Positions 9,700-19,331 of a stretch of 32,000 nt of DNA are shown here, piece after piece. Numbering within the stretch: the first letter of the stretch is position 1; every line of letters begins with the position of its first letter. This DNA is from Methanococcus maripaludis (GTDB taxonomy: Archaea; AGJL01; Methanococci; Methanococcales; Methanococcaceae). The notes below the pieces were generated by a model. It saw nothing but the letters and a program-made list of their open reading frames with translations, searched no databases and was not told where the DNA came from. Location of the stretch: assembly GCF_002945325.1 (NCBI RefSeq), contig NZ_CP026606.1, forward strand, positions 90,001-122,000, read 5' to 3'. The position numbers were made by a program, and so were the translations under genes.

Positions 9700-10881
9700 A
9701 TGGGACTATTTTCAATTTTTAAATCAAAAGATCCAAAAAAACTGCTTGAAATTGGCACTGAATATTATAATAATGGTAAGTATCAAAAATCCATAGAATA
9801 TTTTAATAAAACTTTAAATTCAGAGCCCAAAAACCCTGATGCATGGTATTTTAAAGGAAATGCATACCAAATGCTTGGTAAATCAAAACTTGCTCAAGAT
9901 TCATACGAAAAAGCGCTTTCTATACGTCCAAACGATCTTGAAATAATTAAAAGCTATACAATGCTACTCAATTCGTTAGAACTATTCAAAGAATCCGTTG
10001 AAATCTTGAAAAATGTTTCCGAATCCGACGATGAAATTATAGAAATTTTAGGCGATGCCTACTTAAAAACAGGTAAATTTGAAGAAGCAATTTTACATTA
10101 TAATGATATTTTGGAAAGAAAACCAAGGTATAAAGAAATCCTTGCAAAAAAAGGAACTGCACTTGTAGGGCTTAAACAATTTGATGAAGCTCTTGAAATT
10201 TATGAAAAAGTTTTGAAAATAAGCCCCTATGATACTGAAGTCTGGAAAAATATAGGTAATGCATTTTATACTGTTAAAAAGTATGAAAAAGCAATTCAAT
10301 TCTATGATATGTACTTAAATGAACATAAAGGAGACTTTGGAGTAACTCTTTCAAAAGGAGACGCTTTGAGAAAACTTGGAAAAACCAACGAAGCACTTGA
10401 TCTATATACAAAAGTGCTCGAAAAACATATACAAAATTATGAACCGTGGTGCAGGGTCGGCCTTTTATATTACGATACTGAGGATTACGAAACTGCCATT
10501 TATTACCTGGAACTGGCAAATGAAAGAAACCCATTAAATCCATCCATACTGGTAAAACTTGGAAGAACGTATGTTAAATTAAGGAATTATAATAAAGGAC
10601 TCGAATTTATGGAAAAAGCTTTAGATAAAGACAGCGAATACGCAAAAGCATGGTGCTACAAAGGATACATATTAAATCTTTTGGAAAGGCATTATGAAGC
10701 AATAGACTGCTACAAAAAAGCTATATCGATAAATAAAAACGATTCTAAATTTTGGATGCATTTATCAAATGTATACAAAACCATTGGAAAAGAAGACTAT
10801 TCAAAAGAAGCTTATGAAAATGCAGTAAATCTTGAAAATCATAATATGCTTCCAAAAAGTGCTGAAAATTCAGTACTTTAA
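9700..10881 (+). CDS. TPR repeat protein
   Basis: 393 aa, about 10 tandem TPR units (e.g. YQKSIEYFNKTLNSEPKNPDAWYFKGNAY, FDEALEIYEKVLKISPYDTEVWKNIGNAF). Confidence 0.85.
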   Translation: MGLFSIFKSKDPKKLLEIGTEYYNNGKYQKSIEYFNKTLNSEPKNPDAWYFKGNAYQMLGKSKLAQDSYEKALSIRPNDLEIIKSYTMLLNSLELFKESVEILKNVSESDDEIIEILGDAYLKTGKFEEAILHYNDILERKPRYKEILAKKGTALVGLKQFDEALEIYEKVLKISPYDTEVWKNIGNAFYTVKKYEKAIQFYDMYLNEHKGDFGVTLSKGDALRKLGKTNEALDLYTKVLEKHIQNYEPWCRVGLLYYDTEDYETAIYYLELANERNPLNPSILVKLGRTYVKLRNYNKGLEFMEKALDKDSEYAKAWCYKGYILNLLERHYEAIDCYKKAISINKNDSKFWMHLSNVYKTIGKEDYSKEAYENAVNLENHNMLPKSAENSVL

Positions 10882-10975
10882 CATATTATTATTTCAAACG
10901 TGAACAATACCGCATAATTTAAATAGAATAGGTTTCATACGATTAGGAAACTTGAAATTTGAGCAGGGTGAAAAC

Positions 10976-11473
10976 GTGGAAGAAGAAAGGTTCTATGTAA
11001 CTCAGGCTTTGTCTGAATCCGAAGTATTTGGAAAGTTAAGAATGCTGATTGCTGAAAATGTCTCAGGACTCTATAATTTAACTGTTAAAAATAACTTAAA
11101 CCATAAATTCTATTCAATAAAATTTATTGTTAAAGCAAGAAGCGAAAATTACGCAAAACTCTGTGAAATTCTCCAGAAAAATGAAATAATTTTGGTAAAC
11201 TGTTATGAACTGATTTTCCCATCGTATAAAATTTCAATAAAAGGGGATTCAGAACAGTGTTTAAACATACAAAAAGAACTATTGGAAGTATTAATGGCTT
11301 ATGGTTCTGTTCCAATAAAATCTAAACTTTCATCAGACGAATTTGTTAATGGATCATTAGAAATAACTGTTACAAATAAGGACCCCTCAAATTGCATCAA
11401 ATTTTTAGAACTTATGAGAAAAAACAAAGATATGGAATACAAAGTTACTCCTGTCGATGAAAGCGAATTTTAA
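10976..11473 (+). CDS. Hypothetical protein (two ACT/ferredoxin-like beta-alpha-beta halves by eye)
   Basis: ORF 10952..11473. GTG at 10976 follows AGGGTGA (10965-10971). TTG at 10952 is the alternative start. No recognisable catalytic motif. Confidence 0.6.
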   Translation: MEEERFYVTQALSESEVFGKLRMLIAENVSGLYNLTVKNNLNHKFYSIKFIVKARSENYAKLCEILQKNEIILVNCYELIFPSYKISIKGDSEQCLNIQKELLEVLMAYGSVPIKSKLSSDEFVNGSLEITVTNKDPSNCIKFLELMRKNKDMEYKVTPVDESEF

Positions 11474-11506
11474 TTTACTTAAAAAAGAAGGGGGATAGGT
11501 GATTTA

Positions 11507-12472
11507 ATGGTCATCGGGTTTTTTCGTTCGAAATCTAACAAATTAAAAAAGCTTCTTGAAGAGGATATGATTAATGATGCCCAAAAAATGTTGGATGAGG
11601 ACGATTCATTAACTTCGGATTTATTTAAATATTTAAAAATGAATAGTGAGAATTTAAAAGCTAATGCTATTTATTTGCTCACAAAAAATTATTTAAAAAA
11701 TAATAAAGATATTTCTGAATTATATTCCCCTTTAAAAGCATTTTTATCACAAAAAAGCGAAGTTTTAGTTTTAAATTCATTAATGTCACTCAAACTGATA
11801 ACTGATGTTTTCCCTGAAGTTTATGAAAATTTTAGTTTAGAGGTAACTCAAATTAATAAGACTTTTGTTAATTTGGATATTAGGAGTTATACTGGGAATT
11901 TGATAAAAAAATACGGCAAATTTAAGGAGTATAATCTTTCGGATAATCAAAAAATGCTTCAAAAACATGTTAAACAGTTAATGAAGTCTTCAAAACAGGA
12001 ATCATTGTTTGGACGATTAATGGAAATTGGATCCTCATTGTTTGTTATAATGCCTGAAAAACTGGAAGTTACTGAAGAAATGCTTGAAGATTCAATTTCA
12101 AAAGATGATTTACAGTTTAATGTTTTCACGATTGAAACACTCAAATCAGGTAAAATAAAAGAAATGGATCCTTTAAATATTGTATACCAGCTATCGAAAC
12201 TGCCGACACTTACTAAAGGACAGGTGGATGATACTATGCCTCAAACGCTTGATTTGATGGGATGTTCAAAAAACATGATTGTAAGAAACATGGTATTAAA
12301 TACAGTTTATGAAGTATCAAAGAAGTATCCTGATGTACTTTATAAACACATTTCAGGACTTGAACTTTATGAAAAACAGTATGGTGGAAACGATCCAGTA
12401 TTTAAAGCAATTATCAAAGAAATTGCCAAAAAATATAATTTAGATAACTCTCCTCTTTCAAAATTACTTTAA
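11507..12472 (+). CDS. Hypothetical protein, all-helical, HEAT/ARM-repeat-like
   Basis: 321 aa. Very strong SD (GGGGGATAGGTGAT) before the ATG. Repeated amphipathic helix pairs (NAIYLLTKNYL.., VLNSLMSLKLITDVFPEVY, VRNMVLNTVYEVSKKYPDVL). The family is not recognised. Confidence 0.65.
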   Translation: MVIGFFRSKSNKLKKLLEEDMINDAQKMLDEDDSLTSDLFKYLKMNSENLKANAIYLLTKNYLKNNKDISELYSPLKAFLSQKSEVLVLNSLMSLKLITDVFPEVYENFSLEVTQINKTFVNLDIRSYTGNLIKKYGKFKEYNLSDNQKMLQKHVKQLMKSSKQESLFGRLMEIGSSLFVIMPEKLEVTEEMLEDSISKDDLQFNVFTIETLKSGKIKEMDPLNIVYQLSKLPTLTKGQVDDTMPQTLDLMGCSKNMIVRNMVLNTVYEVSKKYPDVLYKHISGLELYEKQYGGNDPVFKAIIKEIAKKYNLDNSPLSKLL

Positions 12473-12499
12473 AATTTAATATTTTAAATAAAAAAATAT

Positions 12500-13381
12500 T
12501 TAGGATTTATACGGAAAGTTTTTTATTAACTCATTCATTTTTTCATTATCAATATATTCGTTATTTCCAATTTTTAGAACTTTTTCAGAAGTTACCCTTC
12601 CAAAAGGAGTTAATGGGCATCTATGTTTAACCGCAATTTCTAAAATATTTGAAACTTCATCTTCTGGAACGCTTACTAAATATGTTCCAAGATATCTTGT
12701 AGCCCTTGGATATGGAAGTCCTGTTATTTCAACACCATTTTGAGCTTTCAAAAGCATTTCTAAAATGTTACAAAGCCAGCCTCCTCTTGAAGCATCTTTA
12801 CAGGCGTGAACTTCAATATCATTTTTTAAAATATCTAAAAATGTATCAAATTTATTTTTTGCTTTTTGAACTCTTTCTCCAATATCCCCTTCTACAGGGT
12901 GTCCGAGCATTAGCATTACATCGTTATCTTTTGAACCAGAATCTCGAATTATTTTGTCTGAAATAAGTTCACCAAAAACAACTACACTCATGCAGGATTT
13001 TAATGACTCAATTGTTTGGGTGTTTCCACCTATTATTGGAATATTAAGTCCGATTGACTGTTTTTTTAATCCATCTATTGCAATTTCAATTTCTTCTTCG
13101 TTTGCAGCCTGAATTGCATCCATTGCATAAAGCGGTTTTGCACCCATTGCAACGATATCACATGTAGTGTGGATAAGTGCGGTTTTTGAGCCTAAAATTA
13201 ATGGGTATGGCCCTTCCATATTGTAAACAGATTTTCCGATAACTACTCCGTCATCTCCTGCGCGAATACCGCATGAAAGACCTGGAACTTTTGAATCCAT
13301 GCCCCAAAATTCTTTTCTAGGATAATTATTTTCCATCATATGTTCTATTGCATAGTTAATTTCGTACTCGATATTTTCCAT
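12500..13381 (-). CDS. AIR synthase (PurM)-related protein, possibly methanogenesis marker protein 2
   Basis: 293 aa. PurM-like N domain (GDDGVVI...HTTCDIVAMGAKPLYAMD) and C domain (ACKDASRGGW). The marker-2 assignment is from memory of family size and taxonomy only. Confidence 0.7.
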   Translation of the reverse strand: MENIEYEINYAIEHMMENNYPRKEFWGMDSKVPGLSCGIRAGDDGVVIGKSVYNMEGPYPLILGSKTALIHTTCDIVAMGAKPLYAMDAIQAANEEEIEIAIDGLKKQSIGLNIPIIGGNTQTIESLKSCMSVVVFGELISDKIIRDSGSKDNDVMLMLGHPVEGDIGERVQKAKNKFDTFLDILKNDIEVHACKDASRGGWLCNILEMLLKAQNGVEITGLPYPRATRYLGTYLVSVPEDEVSNILEIAVKHRCPLTPFGRVTSEKVLKIGNNEYIDNEKMNELIKNFPYKS

Positions 13382-13555
13382 GTTCTCACGTTAAATTATA
13401 TAAATCATTTAAATTATAGTTTAAGAAGATTTAAAGACATTTTTAATTAGTTATAATGATATCTATTCAAGATAGGGATTATTTTTATATAAATATTCCT
13501 TTTATAAGGTCATTGAGCAATATAAAAATTTCATAACTACTGAGTGTGTGAAATA

Positions 13556-13897
13556 ATGGTAAAACTTAACAAAAATGAACTTGAACTTATAACTCAAGTG
13601 TTAAAACGAGCAGAATCAATTTCAAGGGATGTTAATCCCGAATCTTTTATTTATTCGGATGATATGTATATTGGAAGAAATGATTCCTGTAGAACCGCAC
13701 TTTATGCGATAGATAATAAAGAGTTTTTGGAAGATTTTGGTGAAGAAGAATTTGAAGAAATAGTTTGGGATGAACTTAAACTTTATGAAGATTATCTTTA
13801 CGAAAAACAGGCTAAGTCTGGGAAATCAGAAGAAATTTCTGAAAAAATTACCGAAGTTAAAAAATTAATTAAAAAAATAAAACCTTATGAGGAATAA
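13556..13897 (+). CDS. Hypothetical small acidic protein
   Basis: ORF 13544..13897. The ATG at 13556 gives a 113-aa, E/D/K-rich helical protein with no recognisable motif. Confidence 0.55.
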   Translation: MVKLNKNELELITQVLKRAESISRDVNPESFIYSDDMYIGRNDSCRTALYAIDNKEFLEDFGEEEFEEIVWDELKLYEDYLYEKQAKSGKSEEISEKITEVKKLIKKIKPYEE

Positions 13898-14021
13898 ATA
13901 TTAATTTAATTATTCATTTATTTTGATGTTGCATATTACAGAGTATTTTTATACGCTTAAGGCATATTGTATCTCTGCTTTAAATTGAACAATAATAAGG
14001 TGCGAGTTTTTTGGTGGTTTT

Positions 14022-15041
14022 ATGAGAAACACTCCCAAAATTTGTGTTATCAACGGTGACGGTATTGGAAACGAAGTAGTTCCAGAAACGGTGCGAGTTT
14101 TAAATGAAATTGGTGACTTCGAATTCATTCATACCCATGCAGGTTACGAATGTTTTAAAAGATGTGGCGATGCGATACCTGAAAACACAATTGAAATTGC
14201 AAAAGAATCTGATTGTATTTTATTTGGATCAGTTACCACACCAAAACCGACTGAATTAAAAAATAAATCATATAGAAGTCCAATATTAACTTTAAGAAAA
14301 GAACTTGACCTTTATGCAAATATTAGGCCAACTTATAACTTTGATAATCTTGATTTTGTTATAATTCGAGAAAATACTGAAGGACTCTATGTAAAAAAAG
14401 AATATTACGACGAAAAAAACGAAGTTGCAATTGCTGAGCGAATAATTTCAAAATTTGGAAGTTCTAGAATTGTAAAATTTGCTTTTGATTACGCAGTTCA
14501 AAATAATAGAAAAAAAGTATCCTGTATACATAAAGCAAATGTATTAAGGGTTACTGATGGATTATTTTTAGAAGTTTTCGAAGAAATATCTAAACATTAC
14601 GAAAAATTAGGAATAAAATCTGATGATTATCTAATTGACGCGACAGCAATGTATTTGATTAGAAACCCGCAAATGTTTGATGTATTGGTTACAACAAATC
14701 TTTTCGGAGACATATTATCTGATGAAGCTGCAGGACTTATTGGTGGACTTGGAATGTCTCCTTCGGCAAACATTGGCGACAAAAATGGATTATTTGAGCC
14801 AGTTCACGGATCTGCACCAGACATTGCGGGAAAAGGAATTTCAAACCCGATTGCAACAATATTGAGTGCTGCAATGATGCTTGACCATTTAAAGATGAAT
14901 AATGAAGCTGAATATATTAGAAATGCGGTTAAAAAAACGGTTGAATGTAAATATTTAACTCCTGATCTTGGGGGAAACTTAAAAACTTTTGAAGTTACGG
15001 AAAAAATCATTGAATCCATAAGGTCTCAGATGATTCAGTGA
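14022..15041 (+). CDS. aksF: Isopropylmalate/homoisocitrate dehydrogenase family enzyme, most like AksF (coenzyme B biosynthesis)
   Basis: 339 aa. KICVINGDGIGNEVVPE, IIRENTEGLY, RKKVSCIHKANVLRVTDGLFLEVF, TNLFGDILSDEAAGLIGGLG, HGSAPDIAGKGI. Closely tracks my recollection of M. jannaschii AksF. A LeuB paralogue cannot be excluded. Confidence 0.8.
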   Translation: MRNTPKICVINGDGIGNEVVPETVRVLNEIGDFEFIHTHAGYECFKRCGDAIPENTIEIAKESDCILFGSVTTPKPTELKNKSYRSPILTLRKELDLYANIRPTYNFDNLDFVIIRENTEGLYVKKEYYDEKNEVAIAERIISKFGSSRIVKFAFDYAVQNNRKKVSCIHKANVLRVTDGLFLEVFEEISKHYEKLGIKSDDYLIDATAMYLIRNPQMFDVLVTTNLFGDILSDEAAGLIGGLGMSPSANIGDKNGLFEPVHGSAPDIAGKGISNPIATILSAAMMLDHLKMNNEAEYIRNAVKKTVECKYLTPDLGGNLKTFEVTEKIIESIRSQMIQ

Positions 15042-15103
15042 GCATACTAAAATTTAAAAACTATTAGGTAAAACACATATCTGTAAATTGATCGGTGATT
15101 TTC

Positions 15104-16648
15104 ATGAGATTTGAACTTGAAGGGAGAATAATTTTTAGCAAGGATGTAGAAGAAGAAACACAAAAAGATATTATTGAAGTTTTGGAAAATGGGGACATTT
15201 TTTTAAAGGGTGTTCCAGAAGGCAAAGAAAACGAAGCTTCAAAAATTGAAGGTTATGAATTCCAAGGAAAAGATTTAAAACTTAACATGACTTCAGGAAC
15301 ATACACGCGAGCACACGAAGGTATTGTGAGATTAAAAAAACCGATAATGGAAAAAGTTGGAAGAAAACACCAGATCGGTATTCGAGATGTTGCAATTGAT
15401 AGTTACGTTGTAACAATTACCGCAACACCTTCAAAAGTTGCTGAATTAAAAGGATTAAAAGTTCCAGAATGCGAAGTTGAATTAGATGGCGAAAAAATTA
15501 AAATTCTCTTTAAAAATTTGGGCGATGGAGAATTAAAAAGAAATATAATCGATAGGGCAATCAAATTTGTTAAAACCGAGCTTGATAAACAAGAACAGGA
15601 TTTAACTTTTGAAGTCTGTAAAATTGCACCTGGAACTATTGTTTCAGACTACAAAGCAAAAAGAGAAATTACATTTGATAAAGACCCAACTGAATTAGCA
15701 GAACCCTATGGGTGGGTAAAAAGATTCCCTGGAAGAGGACAGTGGTTTTACACAGCCCCAATGGCAAAATTATTCAGAGCATTTGAAAGCTTAATTGTCG
15801 AAGAATGTATCGAAAAAATAGGATTTGACGAATGCTTATTCCCTAAATTAATTCCTCTGGATGTAATGTATAAAATGAGATATTTAGAAGGACTCCCTGA
15901 AGGAATGTACTATGTATGCCCTCCAAAAAGAGAACCTGAAATGTTTAAGGATTTCGTAAATGAAATGATGATTAAAAAAGAAATTCCAATTGAAAAATTA
16001 AAAACATTATTGAGAGATCCAGGATATGTTTTAGCACCTGCACAGTGCGAACCATTCTACACGTTCTTTGACCACGAATTAGTTGATGTTGACAGTCCTT
16101 CAAAATTCTTTGATAAAAGCGGATGGACTTACAGATGGGAAGGCGGCGGAGCTAAAGGTCTTGATAGGGTAAATGAATTCTTAAGAGGGGAATGTGTATG
16201 GATGGGAAGCCCTGAATTTGTAGAAAAAGTAAGGGACGATACATTAAAATACGCAGAAAAATTAGCAGAAAAATTAGATTTAGAATACTGGACCGAAGTT
16301 GGAGACGATCCATTCTATTTAGAAGGTAGGAAAAACGAAGACAGAGGAATTGAATTCCCTGACGTTCCAAAATATGAAATGAGACTCTGGCTACCTCACG
16401 TAAAAGATGAAAGAAAAGGAGTTGCAGTAACTTCAGCAAATATTCACGGAACCCACTTTGTAGAAGGATTTGGAATTAAAGACTACAAAGATAGAAAAGT
16501 ATGGACTGGATGTACGGGCTACGGATTATCAAGATGGTTAATTGGATTTTTAGCACAGTACGGCTACAACTACGAAGACTGGCCTGAAATAATTCAGAAA
16601 AAAGTTGGAAAATTGCCAGAAATCCCTAAATTAATCACTTGGCCATAA
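15104..16648 (+). CDS. serS: Seryl-tRNA synthetase, methanogen type (type 2)
   Basis: About 514 aa class II aaRS ([29 protein letters not shown]), with length and N-terminal domain unlike bacterial-type SerRS and unlike SepRS. The ATG at 15104 is preceded by GGTGA at 5 nt. The track ORF begins at GTG 15095. Confidence 0.85.
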   Translation: MRFELEGRIIFSKDVEEETQKDIIEVLENGDIFLKGVPEGKENEASKIEGYEFQGKDLKLNMTSGTYTRAHEGIVRLKKPIMEKVGRKHQIGIRDVAIDSYVVTITATPSKVAELKGLKVPECEVELDGEKIKILFKNLGDGELKRNIIDRAIKFVKTELDKQEQDLTFEVCKIAPGTIVSDYKAKREITFDKDPTELAEPYGWVKRFPGRGQWFYTAPMAKLFRAFESLIVEECIEKIGFDECLFPKLIPLDVMYKMRYLEGLPEGMYYVCPPKREPEMFKDFVNEMMIKKEIPIEKLKTLLRDPGYVLAPAQCEPFYTFFDHELVDVDSPSKFFDKSGWTYRWEGGGAKGLDRVNEFLRGECVWMGSPEFVEKVRDDTLKYAEKLAEKLDLEYWTEVGDDPFYLEGRKNEDRGIEFPDVPKYEMRLWLPHVKDERKGVAVTSANIHGTHFVEGFGIKDYKDRKVWTGCTGYGLSRWLIGFLAQYGYNYEDWPEIIQKKVGKLPEIPKLITWP

Positions 16649-16740
16649 GCTAAAAATATCTATTATATCCTTTTTTACGGAATATTATTGATTATTTAGA
16701 CTATTAACGTAAGAAAAATAGTTTTTTTAAGGAGCAATAT

Positions 16741-16748
16741 TTTATACA
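16741..16748 (+). promoter_or_regulatory. TATA-like box (TTTATACA) upstream of the 41-codon ORF
   Basis: 42 nt upstream of ATG 16790, which leaves room for a roughly 20-nt leader containing the GGGGGGTG SD. Confidence 0.3.
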
Positions 16749-16789
16749 ATAATTTACACAGTACATAATGTCACTGGGGGGTGTACATT

Positions 16790-16915
16790 ATGGATTTAAA
16801 CTATGTGATAAATACAGTTCTCGGCTGTTATGATACTATCTTCATATCTTTAGCCGTCGTTGGAATTTCTGTATGGAGTACTTTTTGGTTTTGGGTAACT
16901 ACCTTAGAATCCTGA
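16790..16915 (+). CDS. Putative 41-aa single-pass membrane protein (not in the ORF track)
   Basis: ATG 16790 to TGA 16913-16915. MDLNYVINTVLGCYDTIFISLAVVGISVWSTFWFWVTTLES. GGGGGGTG SD 6 nt upstream. One hydrophobic helix rich in W/F. Confidence 0.45.
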   Translation: MDLNYVINTVLGCYDTIFISLAVVGISVWSTFWFWVTTLES

Positions 16916-16920
16916 GATAA

Positions 16921-17313
16921 TTACTTTTTTGGGCCTTTTCTTTTTAATTTTTGTATAACTTTATAGTACGGTTCGTGGGGCACGTGCAAAAATTTCTCAC
17001 GAATGTGTTTTACAGAGTTTGAAATTCCAATTATACGTATGTTTATCGGCTTTTTTTTATGTTCACCCATTAAACTTAGTGAACTTCTTAAAGTATCGAC
17101 TTCTTCTCGTGAAATTCGAAGTATTCCATACGGATGGTTGTAATCAATTAACCATGGATTCGTTTTTGAACAACCCAAAACTCCTGAATAGTTCAATAAA
17201 GCATTTCTAACAACAGATATTACGTCTTTTTGAGATAGTTCCATCTCGTAAATAATCTCAAGTGCTACGTATCGTTTTTTTTCTCTTAATGTTGGAGGTA
17301 GTGTTTTTAACAT
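16921..17313 (-). CDS. rnp2: Ribonuclease P protein component 2 (Pop5 homologue)
   Basis: 130 aa. N-terminus MLKTLPPTLREKKRYVALEII is characteristic of archaeal Rnp2/Pop5. Confidence 0.88.
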   Translation of the reverse strand: MLKTLPPTLREKKRYVALEIIYEMELSQKDVISVVRNALLNYSGVLGCSKTNPWLIDYNHPYGILRISREEVDTLRSSLSLMGEHKKKPINIRIIGISNSVKHIREKFLHVPHEPYYKVIQKLKRKGPKK

Positions 17314-17389
17314 CTTATATTTCCCCTATATATACTAAAATAAAAATAATAAACGCAATATTTATAATAATTGGGCCAGTTATAAAAAC

Positions 17390-18241
17390 TTGGTGATTAT
17401 TGTGTTGAAAAATCATGCTTTAAGGATATTGGAAGAATCACTCGATTATGATGTAGGTTTTGGAGACCTGACTACAGAATTAATGATACCTAAAAATCAG
17501 GAATCAGAAGCAGTATTTATTGCTAAAGAAAAATCTATAATCTGTGGAATTGATTTTGTAATTGAATTTATGGAAAAAAACGGATTAACCTGTACTCCAT
17601 TGGTAAATGAAGGCGATAATGTTATTGGACCTTTTTTAAAAGTTAAGGGAAACACAAAAACGATAATAACTCTCGAAAGGACAGCGTTAAACTTTTTAAT
17701 GCACCTTTCTGGAATTTCAACTAAAACTAACAGGATAATTAACGAAGTAAGAAAAATTAATAAAACTGTAAAAATTGCAGCAACGAGAAAAACTCACCCG
17801 CTACTTTCAATGATCGAAAAATATGCAGTTTTTGTTGGCGGTGGGGATACCCACAGATTCAGGCTTGATGACATGGTAATGATTAAAGATAACCACATTC
17901 AGGCAGTTGGAATTGATGAATGTTTTAAAAGAGCTGAAAAATTAAGCTTTTCTAAAAAAATTGAAGTAGAAGTTGATAATCTCGATCAGTTGAAAAAAGT
18001 AATCGAATATAAGCCTGACATAATACTTCTCGACAATTTTGAATTTAAAAATATAGAAACTGCATTAAATATCGTTTCAGAATTTGGAAAGAAAACCGGG
18101 TTTAAACCAAAAATTGAACTTAGCGGCGGAATAAATGAAAATAACGTAGAAAAATATGCAAAATATAATGTAGACGTTATTTCAATGGGTTCATTAATTC
18201 ATTCGGCCACTTCTGTTGATATCGGACTTGATTTACTTTAA
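17390..18241 (+). CDS. nadC: Nicotinate-nucleotide pyrophosphorylase [carboxylating] (quinolinate phosphoribosyltransferase)
   Basis: DVGFGDLTT, LERTALNFLMHLSGISTKT, AATRKTHP, MIKDNH, ELSGGIN. No ATG at the N-terminus. Candidate starts are TTG 17390, or GTG 17402, which lies 5 nt after GGTGA. Confidence 0.9.
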   Translation: MVIIVLKNHALRILEESLDYDVGFGDLTTELMIPKNQESEAVFIAKEKSIICGIDFVIEFMEKNGLTCTPLVNEGDNVIGPFLKVKGNTKTIITLERTALNFLMHLSGISTKTNRIINEVRKINKTVKIAATRKTHPLLSMIEKYAVFVGGGDTHRFRLDDMVMIKDNHIQAVGIDECFKRAEKLSFSKKIEVEVDNLDQLKKVIEYKPDIILLDNFEFKNIETALNIVSEFGKKTGFKPKIELSGGINENNVEKYAKYNVDVISMGSLIHSATSVDIGLDLL

Positions 18242-18263
18242 AATATTAATTTAAAGGATTTAT

Positions 18264-19322
18264 ATGATAACAAAAAGTGAAGCACTTGATTTTTTAAAAT
18301 CTAATTCAACAAATTCCATTTTGGAAAAATTAGGGAAAATAAATGCAGAAAATACATCAAAATATGTCACTTTTTCAAAGAATGCATTTATTCCAGTCTG
18401 CAACTGGTGCAGGAACGTCTGCGGATACTGTACCTTTAGAAACGAAAACTTCAAATTGTTAAAAATGGATGAAATGAAAGAAATTTTAACTAAAGCAGAT
18501 ACTTTCGGATGCAGGGAAGCACTTTTTACTTTTGGAGAAAATGTTGACGAAAATGAAAAAGTAAAAGAAGAATTGAAAAAAATGGGATATTCTGGAATTT
18601 TAGAATATCTTTATGAAATAAGTGCGTGGTGCCTTGAAAACACGAATCTTTTACCGCACACTAACTGCGGTATTTTATCTTATGATGAACTCAAATACTT
18701 AAGGGAAGTAAACGCTTCAATGGGTTTGATGCTTGAAAATTCAAGTGCGAGATTATGCGGGACTATTGCACATGAAAAGAGTCCTGGAAAAGATCCCAAT
18801 TTAAGAATTGAAATGATCGAAAATGCTGGAAAATTAAAAATTCCATTTACTACGGGAATATTAATTGGGATTGGAGAAACGCTTGAAGAACGTATTGATT
18901 CCATATTTGAGATTAAACGAATTTATGAAAAGTACGGGCACATTCAGGAAGTAATCGTTCAAAATTTTAGATCAAAACCACAAATTCCAATGGAAAATTA
19001 CAGAGAACCAAGTCCAATTGAAATGTTTAAAATGATAATTCTTTCAAAATTAATTTTAGATGATATTTCAATTCAGGTTCCACCTAATTTAAATCGAGAA
19101 ACAGGACAGTTATTTTTAATGGCTGGAATCGATGATTGGGGGGGAGTTTCACCATTAACTAAAGACTTTGTAAACCCCGAAGCCCCATGGCCAGATATTG
19201 AAGAATTAAACAGCTTTTCAAAAGAACTTGGATATACTTTAAAAGAAAGGCTTCCAGTTTATGAAAAATATATTACAAAAGAATGGATTGATAAAAAAAT
19301 TTTAGAAAAAATTAATAAATAA
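18264..19322 (+). CDS. cofG: FO (7,8-didemethyl-8-hydroxy-5-deazariboflavin) synthase subunit CofG, radical SAM
   Basis: 352 aa. Radical-SAM cluster motif [10 protein letters not shown] preceded by [10 protein letters not shown], typical of CofG. AAGGA SD. Confidence 0.9.
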   Translation: MITKSEALDFLKSNSTNSILEKLGKINAENTSKYVTFSKNAFIPVCNWCRNVCGYCTFRNENFKLLKMDEMKEILTKADTFGCREALFTFGENVDENEKVKEELKKMGYSGILEYLYEISAWCLENTNLLPHTNCGILSYDELKYLREVNASMGLMLENSSARLCGTIAHEKSPGKDPNLRIEMIENAGKLKIPFTTGILIGIGETLEERIDSIFEIKRIYEKYGHIQEVIVQNFRSKPQIPMENYREPSPIEMFKMIILSKLILDDISIQVPPNLNRETGQLFLMAGIDDWGGVSPLTKDFVNPEAPWPDIEELNSFSKELGYTLKERLPVYEKYITKEWIDKKILEKINK

Positions 19323-19331
19323 TTTACTTTT

